Source: Perna viridis (lineage: Eukaryota). From it: a stretch of DNA of 64,000 nt. This document shows, in pieces, positions 1 to 63,351 of this stretch. The notes below the pieces were generated by a model, which worked only from the letters and a program-made list of their open reading frames with translations, was not told where the DNA came from and made no database searches. Position numbers and translations under genes: made by a program. How positions within the stretch are numbered: position 1 is the first letter of the stretch; the number at the start of each line of letters is the position of its first letter. Location: assembly GCA_037379345.1 (NCBI GenBank), contig CM074513.1, forward strand, positions 18,972,001 to 19,036,000, in the 5' to 3' direction.

Positions 1-50306
<50,306 letters not shown>

Positions 50307-51362
50307 CTGTGATTCAAGCTTTCGAAGGACTTTAGAACTGCTTTCATTTGGTAGTGAATATATGATGGGATATTACTACTGGTATTTTTGGTTAGGTACC
50401 AGTGGTCCTTTTCAGTAAGATCAGTCGACAGTTACGATGTCATCATAGCTCAGAGTATTGTGACATCATAATGAAAAAGGACATCTGGTTTTTCTTGATG
50501 ATGTGTTTCAGAAAAATATCAATTACTTTCCTGATAAAAAAATTGTTGAAACTGTATTCTAGACTTATGAATAGAAACATTTTAATTTATCACTCACTGC
50601 AGCACACTTACTAGTCATTACTGAAAAAGAAACTTTGTTTTGAATGGTTCTTAGGAGCTTTGTAAACGATTGCATTTGCCAAAACAATTTTTGCCTCAGT
50701 GTGTAGCAGATTTTAATTTTAAAATGTTCATCTCACATTAAAACTGACATAAAGGGACTTACCAAGATGCCTGGTTTAGACAGGCAATATTTTTTTTGTT
50801 GGTAACCAAATTTCGTTGTTTGGTCTACCTACGAAAACCATGAAAATTGGTACATAACAAGCAATAGTACTTTCACAGTATTTGGTTTAGACACACATTA
50901 TATTTTTTCCTATTTTGAAGGTGTTATAATTTGTCTTATACATGTACTTGTTTCCTACATTGTAAAATCAGCTGTGATATTCACTTGAATATGTGTTAAA
51001 AAATGCAATATTGGCGACTAAGATTTGTCTTTTTTCTGATAGGGATTTAACGTGTAGTGTAACAAATTTTCTCTTTTATGATTTTCACTTTGTGTATGCT
51101 GTGCATTGTATGTTTTTTTTTTAAATTTTGCTAAAGGTCTTTAAAGTTTTACCTATGAATGATGCTATTGGAAAATTTTATTGTTCTTCGAAAAAGAAGA
51201 TAATTCCTAAAAGTTTCCACATGAATTTTGTCAAGACTTTTTCAGTAAAGAGTATTTGTATTTGCAATGGTGTATGAATGTATGCTTAATGACAAAAATG
51301 TTTATGAATGCATGAATATTTATTTTTGTTATGTGATTGACTGTTTGTTATGATTTTTTGGC

Positions 51363-51368
51363 AATAAA
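51363..51368 (+). terminator. Probable HERC1 polyadenylation signal
   Basis: AATAAA at the end of a ~1 kb U-rich stretch with upstream TGTA motifs. Confidence 0.55.
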
Positions 51369-52501
51369 AGTTTTAACTTGAAAAATTCCAGTTAAGTTTT
51401 TATACCCACCTCTCTCCACACAAACAAGCCGGGTATTATGAGATTCCCTCCAAAAAGTTGTGTTTCCATCTATCTGTTCCCAGATGGTTTCCAGATGATA
51501 ACTTAAAAAGGATCATCAAATTTTTTTTTTGAAACTTAGCTCAGTTGTCAAGAACCATACAAAACAGGTTAAGTTCAATTTTCAGCAAAATCCAAAATAT
51601 AGTTTTCGAGTTAAACACTTTTGAACATGTTGTCATCCCTATTTTTCACCAATATGTGGCGGGATATCACTTCATATTCAGTAATGCCATATTTTTGTTT
51701 AATTACTGGTTAAACTTAAGCTCACAGTGTAATGCTTGAAAGTCTCTCTTACTTTTGATCCGGAATTTCTATTGTCGAAAAGCATTCAAAACGAAAGTCC
51801 CATTTGTTTTAAATTTGCTATTTCCAGATACATTAATATGATCCATACACATAAAGAGTGTTTCGTTTGTAAGATTAGTCTTTACTCTATAAACAACCAC
51901 ATCATATGCTTTTAAATTGGAGTTAAGGACCCATTTATATGACTTCACATGCTCACTTGTTGAAACTTACAAGTCTTTTTTCTAGTTAATTCATTACAGA
52001 TGATCTTCTGATCTGAGATTAAAGCTTTAATACATATATTGTGTCATAAATTCAATAAAATTGAGCTCTGGACAATTTTTTTTCATGGATGAGGGAAGAA
52101 AAGGAAGTTTGTGGATTCTAGGATTGTGGTTTTCAGTATACACCTTATACATGGCAATGGAAATTTCCTGTTCGTTGGGAACCAAATTTTATGGTTTGGC
52201 CTACCCACGAAAACCAGGAAAATTGGTACCCCATAAACAAATGTACTTCCCAGTATTTGTTTCTTCGTATCACCCACCATGTAAGCACAACTCTTCCTTA
52301 AATGTTACATGAAATATTACAACTGAAGTTGTGATATCACTTGCAGGAGGATGCTTGGAAGGAGAACTAAGTTAAAAATTTTCCAGGTTAGTGCAAAACA
52401 TAAAGTGCTTTGGGGTGAAACTGTAATTTGTACATGAAGATTGACTACCAAATGCAGGTGTCCATGAAGGAAGATGAATAATATCTGATATAGTCTTCAC
52501 A

Positions 52502-52732
52502 GAAAGAGACATGACTAAATACCAACACGGTGGTATACCACTTTTAGAGTGGCAGTAAATATTTCAGTCTTCCAAGATATTTCTCTATTTTTTCTAGCAT
52601 CTAAAGTAGCAGATTTTACCACTCACAATACAAAACAAAATAATAAAAAATTCCTTACAGAAAAAAAATTGAGAATCACTCTTTAGAGTGGTACACCACC
52701 ATGTCAGTGCTCAGTCATGGTAAGTCTCTTTC
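52502..52732. repeat. Intergenic inverted-repeat element (MITE-like)
   Basis: GAAAGAGAC-ATGACT..GGTGGTATACCACT..AGAGTG pairs with CACTCT..AGTGGTACACCACC..AGTCAT..GTCTCTTTC. Confidence 0.7.
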
Positions 52733-52894
52733 AGCACTGTCGTGTTTTGTTTGAAGTTGAAGCAGTGAGCATTTTTAATGGAGATTGCTCACATTATTTT
52801 CTAGTTCTTCCATGCTAAATACCCACATTTTTTAAGGAAACAAAGGTAAAGTAAAATAAGAAAGAAAACCATAGTACCATTAAATAAAAATTAT

Positions 52895-52900
52895 TTTATT
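52895..52900 (-). terminator. Candidate distal polyadenylation signal of UBE2R2
   Basis: TTTATT on + (AATAAA on -) at the edge of a long repeat-poor stretch that is U-rich on the - strand. Confidence 0.4.
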
Positions 52901-55900
52901 ATTTCTTTCATATTTCAACATCAACTTTACATTACCAACACTTCTATCAAAACTGTGTCAAGTATACTTCAACACTCAACAATTAAATATAAATAAAATG
53001 TCAACAGGATAGAATTGTAACTTTTAAGGCTGTAAATCAAGCTTTATCACATCAAAAATTCAAATTGTTTCCAAGAATGAAAAGTTCAGGATCAAATGAA
53101 ATTCTCAGGCAAAGAGCCACAGTGAAGTTAAAAATGCTATTATATGAATGATGGATAATAGTGTTATCAAATATCATTTTCTGTAATAATCAGGCAAAGG
53201 GTGGTATATCATTAATCTCAATTAGGTCATTTTTTCTGTCTCAAATGTATTCAATATTTCTAGAAAAGAACAGGAAAGCTATGTAAATTTATCCTGAAGC
53301 ATCTGTGACATATATATTTTTGACTGCTTATAAAAAGAAAGTGTGGGAAAATTTTCCCACCATTTTTCCATAGTGCATTTCAACTAAATTTGACTTATCA
53401 ATATCTTTAAAATGCACGTTGATGGTTATATCTGTAGGTGATTTGCTATAAATACTTAGTTAATGCAATAAAATCTCTGTTTTTTCCTTCATGTACAACA
53501 CCTTGAAAATATTTGTCTAATTCTTAGACAAAGAAGTACTTAAGCAATTCTTATAATTTACCAAGTGCACTGTGTGTACCATTTAGTTGAATGATAGGAA
53601 GACAAAAAGTAAGTTAGAAGCTGTTTTGAATTTTTTAAGTTTTATATTTAGTCAATAAAATAATTACACAGGAAACTTGTGTCAACAAGTAGATATATGT
53701 CTGAATCACATTAAAAGCAAGATTTGCAGCCAATCAGTTACCAACACGGGGATACATTACTAATTACACACAAAAAAACCTGGAATATTTTATAACAAAA
53801 TACATCATGGGATAGTATTACATTCTAACTAGAGCCCAAATGAGAAAATATGTTGAATAAAACACAGGAACCTGCTTTTTGGATGACTATTTCCTGCATA
53901 GACACTTTTTTGTTCTTTACTAATATATCATTTATGTACCAAATCTCATGGATGAAGGTGGAATCTACCTTCACTGAGAAAAAGCGCAACATTAATTTCA
54001 TGTCAGACACACAGATGGAAAAAAATCTAGAGGATGCCTAGACGGAAAATCTTAATGCCCCAATTTCATTGACTGGGCATATCTAAACAAAATCTAACCC
54101 TTGCATTTTTTTCTATTCTATGGTGTTGGGATAAGCAGTGGTGTATATAACAGATGATTGATTCTGCTTTCCAAAAAAAGAAAAAAAAAACATTCTAATG
54201 ATGGAAAATAGATTTAACATTATGATGATTTTTTAAATACTCCACAGGATTCTCAAATTCTAAGTCTAACAAAATTATTACTACATTGCATTAAAGAATT
54301 TATCGTTTCTGGTCAGAAAAAAAGACCAATCTGAATGGCTAGTTAGAGAAAACAAGAAATGCAATAAAATAAAAAAAAACAAGCCTGTACAATGAGTTAT
54401 TGAATAACAATATCCAACCTAATACTAACAAAAATATGAAGCTTATATTTGCACTGAGTTTAAGATCTGTTTAAATTATAATAAACAAAGTCTCCAGGCC
54501 ACATTAGACGACATTATGATATTAAGGGGTTGTGTCACTAAAATTTAAACTTGCTATAATCAAAATGATTTTGAAATACAGATCTACATGTACCATTCAT
54601 TTTCACAATGATAAAATTACAAGTCGTGACTCTCAGAAATGGACATTTTATGCCCAAAATATTTCAACCCTTAGAATCAGAGTGTCTTCTTCTGAATTAC
54701 GCAACACAGAAACATGTACGATATATAAATCTTTTCATGTAATATGTACATACTTTTACCACAATAGACTCACCAGCACTCTTTCGGCATCACAGACAGA
54801 CAGACTGACAGACACGCAAAATCACATACAATTATCCATACTCCTCCATAGTAATCAACATTTACACATTTTTTTAAAACACTCTTTGTTACATACATTT
54901 TCCATAATCAAGCATGCACACACATTCATTCCACCTAAATACATTTTCATTTGTCAATTTTGAACCATGTTAAGATCAATTTTTACTACAGGTACAATTA
55001 TATCTGAGCTTTCATTTTCTTACCCATGATGCATTGTTCTGACACATGTTAAAGAGAGATAACCCTGACTATCACACAATGAAGACATCAAGCCTTTCAG
55101 AAGAATAAGCACAACACACTTTTAAAGCAGTGTGTTTTATTTTAAAATCCTGCTTGTCAATCCCCTACTTATTTCAATGATTAAACCACATATGATTACA
55201 CAGAAATCATTACTAAAAGCTGAAAATGACACAATTTGATATTTATAAAACAAATAAAATATAAGAGACAAATTGCCTCTGAAAAATTAGGAGAAAACCT
55301 TTTATTTGTTTATTGTACATTTGTATTTACTTCGTTGAAAACTTAATATATTAATTAGGATAACGAGACACATGATTCCTGTATTACATAATCAGTTTGG
55401 TAATATTGTTATCAATCTTTATTCATGTCTTATCACTCTTTCAGTAGAACATTTATTAATATACTTGATATAGAGAGTATAAAATATATATTGTAAGTCT
55501 TTTTGCAACCAATTTTCGCTTAAAATCATGTTCACATGAAAAATTCAAAGCATAAGATGCAGACAATTAAATTGATATGTTATACCACAGTAACACTTGT
55601 CTAAACCATCCTTGTTTTTTTAAACCAATCAAATCCTTACATAAAGATTTTTCAATTAAAAAAAATCTTAAACAACACATACATGTAATTACACACACTG
55701 GAAAAACCAATTTTGATTCATGCCATGACATACATTTTCATTGTACATCATGTTAGTCTAAAGGAGCACCCTATCAATGACTATGTTAAAAAGTTAACAA
55801 ATAAAAGTACTGATATCTGTGGGGTACATATATATATATCTTCATGCATAGAGTTTAAGTTTCTGCCAAGCCATGAGCCACTTTTTTTTATTACTGAAGG

Positions 55901-57946
55901 GGAAGGCCCGTACTTTCATTTTTCATATTTATATGTTTAGGTCTTAAGTAAATGTTTTCCCAATTTGGTAAAGCAGACTATATTTTTTTAAGCTCACATA
56001 TTTTTTTTTAATGCAATATTCAGGCATACTTAAATTTTGTTGTTTTAATAGGTATTTGTAAAGTAAAATATTTTTATGAATGATCGTTCATATCCTTCAG
56101 TTAAAAATGGTTGGTGCCTTATATGATCATAACAAAATGACCAATTACCGTACATAACTTTCATGGTAATTTTACGTACTTTTCATGGTCATATCATACA
56201 AGAAACAATTCTTTCAAACCACTGATATGAGTATTGAACAAAGTTCTTCCATAGTAAAATAGTATTGATTTATTAATCAAAGACTTCTCGAGTAGCAAAA
56301 AAATGCTAAAAAATTGATGGAAAAACTGGGCAATTTGTGATTACATCAAAGACTAATACCATTTCTTCACAAGATCTTATTAATATTCATCAGAAAAGCT
56401 GTCATTTGGTCGATTAATTCTTGCAGGGTAATTTTTTTTTTTTTTTTGAGAAAAGTATTGAAATAACCAACCAATTTGAAATACATTTTTTTCCTGATGT
56501 TAGATTAAAAAGGTTACTGGTAATTCATCTAGGTTAATTCTCTTTAGGTTTCAATAAATGTGATAGTGGAAAAAATTATTAACTTCTTTCTCAAACATGG
56601 AATGTGTATGCAATTTCACAAAAATATGAGTAGTTTATTCATTTAACTGAAAATTTAAACAAAAAACTTAAATTCTGTTTAATGGACAAAACTCTAAAAG
56701 CACATGAAAAAGGTTTCTGAGTTACATGTTTAATTCAAAATTTACATGTATTTCCATAGACTTACATTAATTCAGAATCAGTTCTATTATTTCCAGTTGT
56801 GGTTTAAATATAGTTGAGAGCTTAATATGAATAAATTTTTCAATACCCTAACTAGTACATAACAACTTACGGTACTCTTGTAAAATTGCACATGATCACA
56901 GGCAATGACAATCAAATTTAAAATTAATCATTATTTGGCAAAATGCAAGTAGTTGCAGGACCAAATTCCTAGTCAAAGGTTTGAACTTTCTAGAAGCTGC
57001 ACTGGGCAGAAATTCCAAAAATTGCTATTACAATCCAGTTGCAACATTCACAATAATTGGAAGAATTTCAGAAATTTCAAAAAAAAAAACTTTATGAAAA
57101 AAAGCTTTTTTTATATTGAACTGAAGTAACTAAGACAAAATACATCTAACAGATGACCTCTGTCCACTGTTAATATCACAGCATTTTGATTATACTTGGG
57201 ACTCATTAATAAATTTACCATCAAACAAAAAAGTCTAAATCCATGACACACTCACTTAATTGCTCCTTTGGCAAATACCTCATATATTTAAATATGAAAA
57301 AAAAAGAGAAATTATGTTTTGTAAATAATCATGGAACACGCTAACTTAAATATACTGGTAAAGGTTCAAAAGAGGACTAGTATTTGAAATCAGAACCAGT
57401 TATTTTTAATAGAATGACTTTGATAAATATATGATTTTAAAACAACTCTTCATTTCTTCAATGGGTTGATGTAATACATAAATATCAATAAAATAATGCC
57501 ATGTTATTCAAATGAAAAACCCACTTTGCGCCCCCTTTATGTCGTTATTGATGATGAAAAGGTCTTAGAATGTACATACATATAGCACAGCCTTGTCAAA
57601 ATCCTACATCATTCTCTTCATTTTATATCCTACATACAATACACAATACAAAAGCAAGAATTTTGCAGAAATCAAATTTAGAGAAGCAAGCAGATTGAGG
57701 TGGGTATTGTCCAATGTACCATTTATGTATGCTAAGTGAAGTTTGGGTATATTAAAAATTATCAGAGATCATTTAAAAAAAGGTACTAACCGAGAACATA
57801 AACTATATGCCCCTTTATTTCAAGGTGGACATACAAAAGCCATCTTAGAAAAGCATTGACAACTTTTCATTAATTCAATTTTCAATTTTATCCTTTTACA
57901 AAGGACAATTAACAGCTTATTCCATAATATATTACTTTTGCTGACA

Positions 57947-58163
57947 TCAAGATTCTCCGCCATTTCCTGAATCGTCATCATCATCTGCATAAAATTCGTC
58001 ATCATCGTCATCATCATCATCCTCTCCAACATAATCATCATCATCGTAAAAATCAATGTCATCTTGGGGTTTTGGTTTAACACTAACACAATATTCCTGA
58101 AGTGTTGTAGGAACTGTAACTCCATCCCTTTCAGCATCTTTCTTTGTATCCTGTACTTGCTTC
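57947..58163 (-). CDS. UBE2R2: UBE2R2/CDC34 exon 5, acidic tail
   Basis: [16 protein letters not shown]..poly-Asp..GES stop. Confidence 0.96.
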
Positions 58164-61100
58164 CTAAAAGCAATCATAGAAAAAATCTTGATAAATTGAA
58201 CTTTGTCACAAGCAATCTTATTTTAGTGTGTGGATTGGTCTAGTTTATACTCCAATAAATTCTGAAGTAGAAATTGCATGGAACGTCTTTGAAATGTACA
58301 TGTATTGTAATCTAGAGATTCATATGAATCATTTTTAATCAAATGGGCAATCTTTACTCAACTTGTCTTTTTCAGCTTTCACATGAGTTTTCAACACATG
58401 CCTCAGTCCAAAGGATTCCTGCATTTATTGTTTCCCAGGCACATTTGATCAACTTTCGTGGCGCATCTTCAACTTTTGCAGGAGGTTTTTACACATCACT
58501 CTTCTAAAATGATACCTTTTAATTGTTTTGTTAAATATTCAGATAATTACCTCAGGTTGCCCAGTAACCCATGGCTACTAGATTTTGAGCTGGGCTACCA
58601 AACTTTTAGATAAAATTCAGTTTAGCAAATAGAAAATATCTAACAAGAATATGGTTTGGGCTACCATCTTGTATTTCCTAATTATTACCCCTGTACCTGA
58701 TTATGTTTTCATATTCTTTGTCCCTTCCTTTGGAATCTTTAAATTTTCTAAACATCACAGATGCATCAACATTTGCTGGAGAGAATGTATTTGGCTCGTT
58801 GAGAAGTGATATTATACTTAAAAGAACTGTCCTACAAACACAGATGAGATATTGAATACAGATAAACATCCTACATGTACATATCATGTAATAAATACAT
58901 GCACAACTAAAATCATATTTCTGAGACAGAGATCCTGCATAACTTATTAAATTTCAGTCAGAAATCACTTGAAAAATTTGATAGCGAGTCAACTGAACTC
59001 CTCATGTATATTTCTTAATTGTCTGCACTTTCTCCATCAGCAACACTTTGTTTTAGTTGAAAGTCAAAATACATGTGCGACAGAATATCAATTTTCTTTG
59101 AGTTATTGCACATACAGTGATAAAACTCAGGGAATTGAGTTGGTATTTTCTTCATCTGATAAACCATTAATAATAAAATGGACAAATGACAAGGAAATTT
59201 TAACTTCCTATGAGACACAAATTTGATGATTGGAAGTTAAAATTCTCTTCGTCTATTTTCCAGGTAACTATCAATGACATTCAGGTGATTGTTATTCTAT
59301 ATCCTGAACATTATCATAGTATGCACTGTAAATATACTGCTATACAATAATGTTCTTATTTATATGTTAACAATTTTGCGCTGCCTAAAATTTCCTAGAT
59401 TTATCAGCAAAACAAATCAAAAAAAAAAGTTATGAATTTTCATATATAAGTGGGATTCAATATTCTATCAATGCCTAACTGTGTTATCTTGAGAGAAAAA
59501 TGAACACATTCAATGCTCAAGTAAAAAAAAAGTTGCTTCAGAATTTGCCTTCAGTTCTTATTTTTAACTGTTCTCAGTATATCTTTAATAAGCTGTTGAA
59601 CTACATGTTCATATATACCTGACGTTTTGTGTAGGGTTCCATCTCTCTGATGGCAGTTCTCCACTTTGTGGATCATCCACTGGAGGATGTAAAATTGATA
59701 TACAAACATCACCATTCTGAAATGAAACTAAATCAATGATGCATCTGATTCTTACATACTACAATTAATATAGATAAAAACCAAACAACATATCAGAAGT
59801 TTACATATGGTTATTCTAAAAACATTATAAGTAACCTTGAATTATAAGGCAACACATGTTGCAAATACGAGTATACAATTGTATGTACATTACACATATA
59901 CAAACTATTGATATAAAATGTAAATGCCCAAGTAATTGTAAATAAATGAAATATAGTGATGAAAATGTGCAAAATGATAAGAACAATATAGTACATGTAT
60001 TAACAGTAACATTGTGATCAATAGTCCCACACCATACTTGGGTGAATTTTGTACATACATGTAGGTATTTCTGGCCTGTAATGGAAATTATTATAGACCT
60101 ACAAGCTTTTTTATCAGCCGTGGACTTAAAACTACTGGTTTATAATGTAGACGGGGTCCATGAATGCACTTACCTCATACACATTTGGATGCCACATCTT
60201 TGAAATAAACTTGACACTTGGAGGATTGTATGGATAATCATTTGGAAACTTCATATGAGCCTACAAAAAAGAAATATTCAATACTTTTTTTATTTAAACT
60301 AAAGAAGAAACACAGAATTAATCAATTCATTGACACCAAACATGATCCAGGTAAATTTTTGACTGACCATTTCAGTGTTTCATGCCCATACTCTACCAAA
60401 ATGTAAAAGTTCTGATTTGTTCATTATTGACACAAGTCATAAAATCAATGAAGCACAACATTTGATTACAATAATGTGACAGTTTTTTCTCAGAGTCATT
60501 AAACTAACAAATTTGTTTAAAAATATTATCATCTCCTTAAAATGGTAAGCGGCCACAATGTACCTTGAACTGATTTGTCACAAAAAATACTGTGATTTTG
60601 GTACATTTATGCACACTAAATCATTTCCCCCTTGATGTTAAAAGAGTTACATGTATAAGCACTAAGAAAGCTATAAAATGATCAGCTTTAAGAAAGAATA
60701 TTTGACTGAGTAGAGCTTCTACTGAATATAGGGTAAACCACTCTAATTCATCTAAAATGTACATGTACAAAGCCACATGTAAAACTTCCTATTTATATAA
60801 AAGTTTATAATTTTAAATACAAATAATCAATTATTTCTTCTTCAGCTTAAAAATACAGTAACACAGTGGAAGAAAAAGCATTTACAGACAGAGTTTTCAT
60901 TATATTTTTTAAAAACTATTTTTAAATACTAATATTGATTTTAAAAGTTCCCAGGGGCTTATCTTGTATTGTTTTAAAATATTGACATTAAATAAAGCTT
61001 TTGTATTTGAATTTATATATTTTGTCTTGGTTACTTACCCTATATTTAAAAAAAAAGTAAACTAATGTCATAGACCTGTAATTAAAGAGATATGCAACTA

Positions 61101-62023
61101 ACTGAAATCTCACATTAACATGCTGTGGAAAGAGAGATTTTGAACTTAATTCATCGATATAACAAACTGACTTCAAAAGATCAGAATTAAAAAGTATTGC
61201 AAATATTAAAATAAAACCTTCAGTTTCCCATTTTATGATAACTTAGCTTCATGCTCACACCAGATTTTTCTATCTACCAAAACAAACAAATAAGTATTGA
61301 AAACAAGTTACTTACCCCCCTATTTTTAAGAAAATATTTATTAAAAATTAAATACAGAATTTTCACGTTAACTTATCACAACTTTTTTGTTTTTAAAGTT
61401 AAATGAATAAAATCTTCAGTTTCCAATTGTTAGTCTTCTGCCCTGTTTTGGGTGTCCGCTACAATTATTTTAGATCATTTCATCAAAAGGGGGAAAAGCA
61501 GTTTAATAAATAAGTGGAAAGGTTGGGGAATCTTGCTCTCCCTAACTTCATAATTTTATTGATTTACTGTCTAATTTACAAGCGTCTTATCTCTTTAATT
61601 AAATGTAGAAACAAAAGTCAATTTATGCTTAATTCACGCATAAAAAGACTTCTATTCGATATCTAATACATGTACATGTCAAAAACCCATTAAATGAACT
61701 TACATGTAACTAATATGACTAAACCAACATTCAACTCCACAGCAATGTCAACTTGGCCTGACATGACATGACCAGTCTAGGAAATAATGACCAAATGTTG
61801 TTTAAACCTATGAAAAGGATAATTGCATCAATTCACTGTCATTTACCTTGAAGTATCCACCTTCATAAAGTGTTCCAGGTGGACCAAATATTGCAACTTC
61901 CCACTCAAATAGATTTTCATCATTGATCAAATTTACTCTGAACCCCTCTACGGGTTCCTCTTGAATTTTCTTGAGTTCTAACTGAAGAGCCTTCACTGCC
62001 CCGCTGATGGGACTCACAGCCAT
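57947..62023 (-). CDS. UBE2R2: Ubiquitin-conjugating enzyme E2 R (CDC34/UBE2R2), complete, 5 exons, 237 aa
   Basis: Exons of 177+87+98+135+217 = 714 nt. [36 protein letters not shown] has the acidic-loop insertion; acidic tail ends DDSGNGES. Confidence 0.97.
58697..58831 (-). CDS. UBE2R2: UBE2R2/CDC34 exon 4
   Basis: [29 protein letters not shown]. Confidence 0.96.
59619..59716 (-). CDS. UBE2R2: UBE2R2/CDC34 exon 3 (catalytic Cys at 59702-59704)
   Basis: [32 protein letters not shown]. Confidence 0.97.
60174..60260 (-). CDS. UBE2R2: UBE2R2/CDC34 exon 2
   Basis: [23 protein letters not shown]. Confidence 0.96.
61847..62023 (-). CDS. UBE2R2: UBE2R2/CDC34 exon 1
   Basis: [39 protein letters not shown] donor. 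Confidence 0.95.
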
Positions 62024-62411
62024 ATCTTCTCTCGAAATATACCAGAAAAGGTGATGAAATGAGGACCAGGAAATGAAAATGAAGCAAAAATTCTTTGTGT
62101 TTTCTTTGTGTTTTGTTTCTGCAATATGGCGATGAAGTGACGTCACTCACAAATTTTACGACAAATCAAAATTTCGATTCAATGTTTTACATACATGAAT
62201 TTAATCAGAATTTATGAATTAAGTAAAAAATACAATATTTTTTACACACAAAGTCATTTAATATAAAAACAATGTTTTGCGGTTGTCGCAAAACTGAAAT
62301 AAATTTTACTTCCGCTTCAATGAAATGGCAAGTGCCAGTGCGAATCTTTCGCCAGAAGAAGAAAAGGTAAAACAGTTGTAAGGAAGGACACAGTTTAAAT
62401 ATTTGACGTCA
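62024..62411. promoter_or_regulatory. Compact bidirectional promoter region
   Basis: Local CpG enrichment; palindromic TGACGTCA (CRE) at 62138 and 62404; YY1-like AATATGGCG at ~62123; ETS-like ACTTCCG at ~62308. Confidence 0.65.
62325..62366 (+). CDS. Probable first coding exon of an unidentified divergent gene (MASASANLSPEEEK)
   Basis: GAAATGG start context followed by AAG|GTAAAA donor, ~300 bp from the UBE2R2 ATG; no second exon found in the window. Confidence 0.5.
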
Positions 62412-62708
62412 GTACGAAGTTGCAACAAATTGCCTAAACAATAAAGCATCTTACAGGCCTGAGGAGACCTAGAATTTTAAGAAATATTCATAAATTCAGC
62501 TGCTCATTAAAAATGAAATAATTCTTTTCCTCCTGAGAATTAAATCTTATTCAAAGTTTTCAGTAAACCATTGATAATATGAGGAAGGTACAAGTGGCGT
62601 GAATGTGAACAAAGCATAAAGCTTCACTTTTAACAGAAGTAGACCATTTCATTTACAACTTTTTCTTAGATTGATTTAGGATTTCTGTGGGTGTCTGCAA
62701 AGGATATA

Positions 62709-62887
62709 CAGGGTTTGACACAAACTTCATTTGTTTGGTGGTTAACAGGACCACCTCAAAAGTAAAACAGGTAGACTGCAGAGAGTTATGATGGTTCTGT
62801 TCTTAGATCTTATTATTTTTCAAGTAGTCCTCTCCAGTTCTCTAGGGTGGCCCAGGACTACTGGACTACTGTTAATGTCGATCCCTG
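62709..62887 (+). mobile_element. CAGGG-terminal MITE, copy 2
   Basis: Homologous to 7077-7271; 5-bp flanking duplication ATATA. Confidence 0.75.
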
Positions 62888-63351
62888 ATATATAAAATAT
62901 TTTTGTTATAGTATCAGAACAGTTTTGTGTTTGACATGAGATGTTGGGTTTTATTAGGTTATAGGGTGTAGATTTACTGAAAATGTCTTTGTAGTTTTGA
63001 TCAAATACATGAAACATAATATTCACTGAGGTACAAATTTATTTTTTAAATCTGACATTAGGTGATCAAGCAAAATAAAAAATTGTCTCCAAAGACAGCA
63101 TAGCAATTTGGAATAGTAACAAATATGTCTTTAAAACATTTTGTCTAGGTATTTTAAAAAAAATATTTCAAAGCTTCAATAAGATACAATGTAGCATTGT
63201 AGTATTTTGTTATGACGAAAGTTTCTCAACTGGTTAATGTGATGAATTTTTTTATGAATTTCTACACATTTAGGAGCTAGCTCTGCTCGCATATATGAAG
63301 GAACAGTCTTAGAGGCAAGCAAAGCTAGGCAATTGAATACAAGGACCATCC

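Noticed and set aside
54532-54963. 143-aa ORF between the two genes
   Set aside because: It has a non-ATG start, no recognisable domain or splice context, and is antisense to the probable UBE2R2 3' UTR.
57820-58173. Met-rich 117-aa ORF
   Set aside because: It is an alternate-frame reading of the GAT repeats encoding the CDC34 poly-Asp tail.
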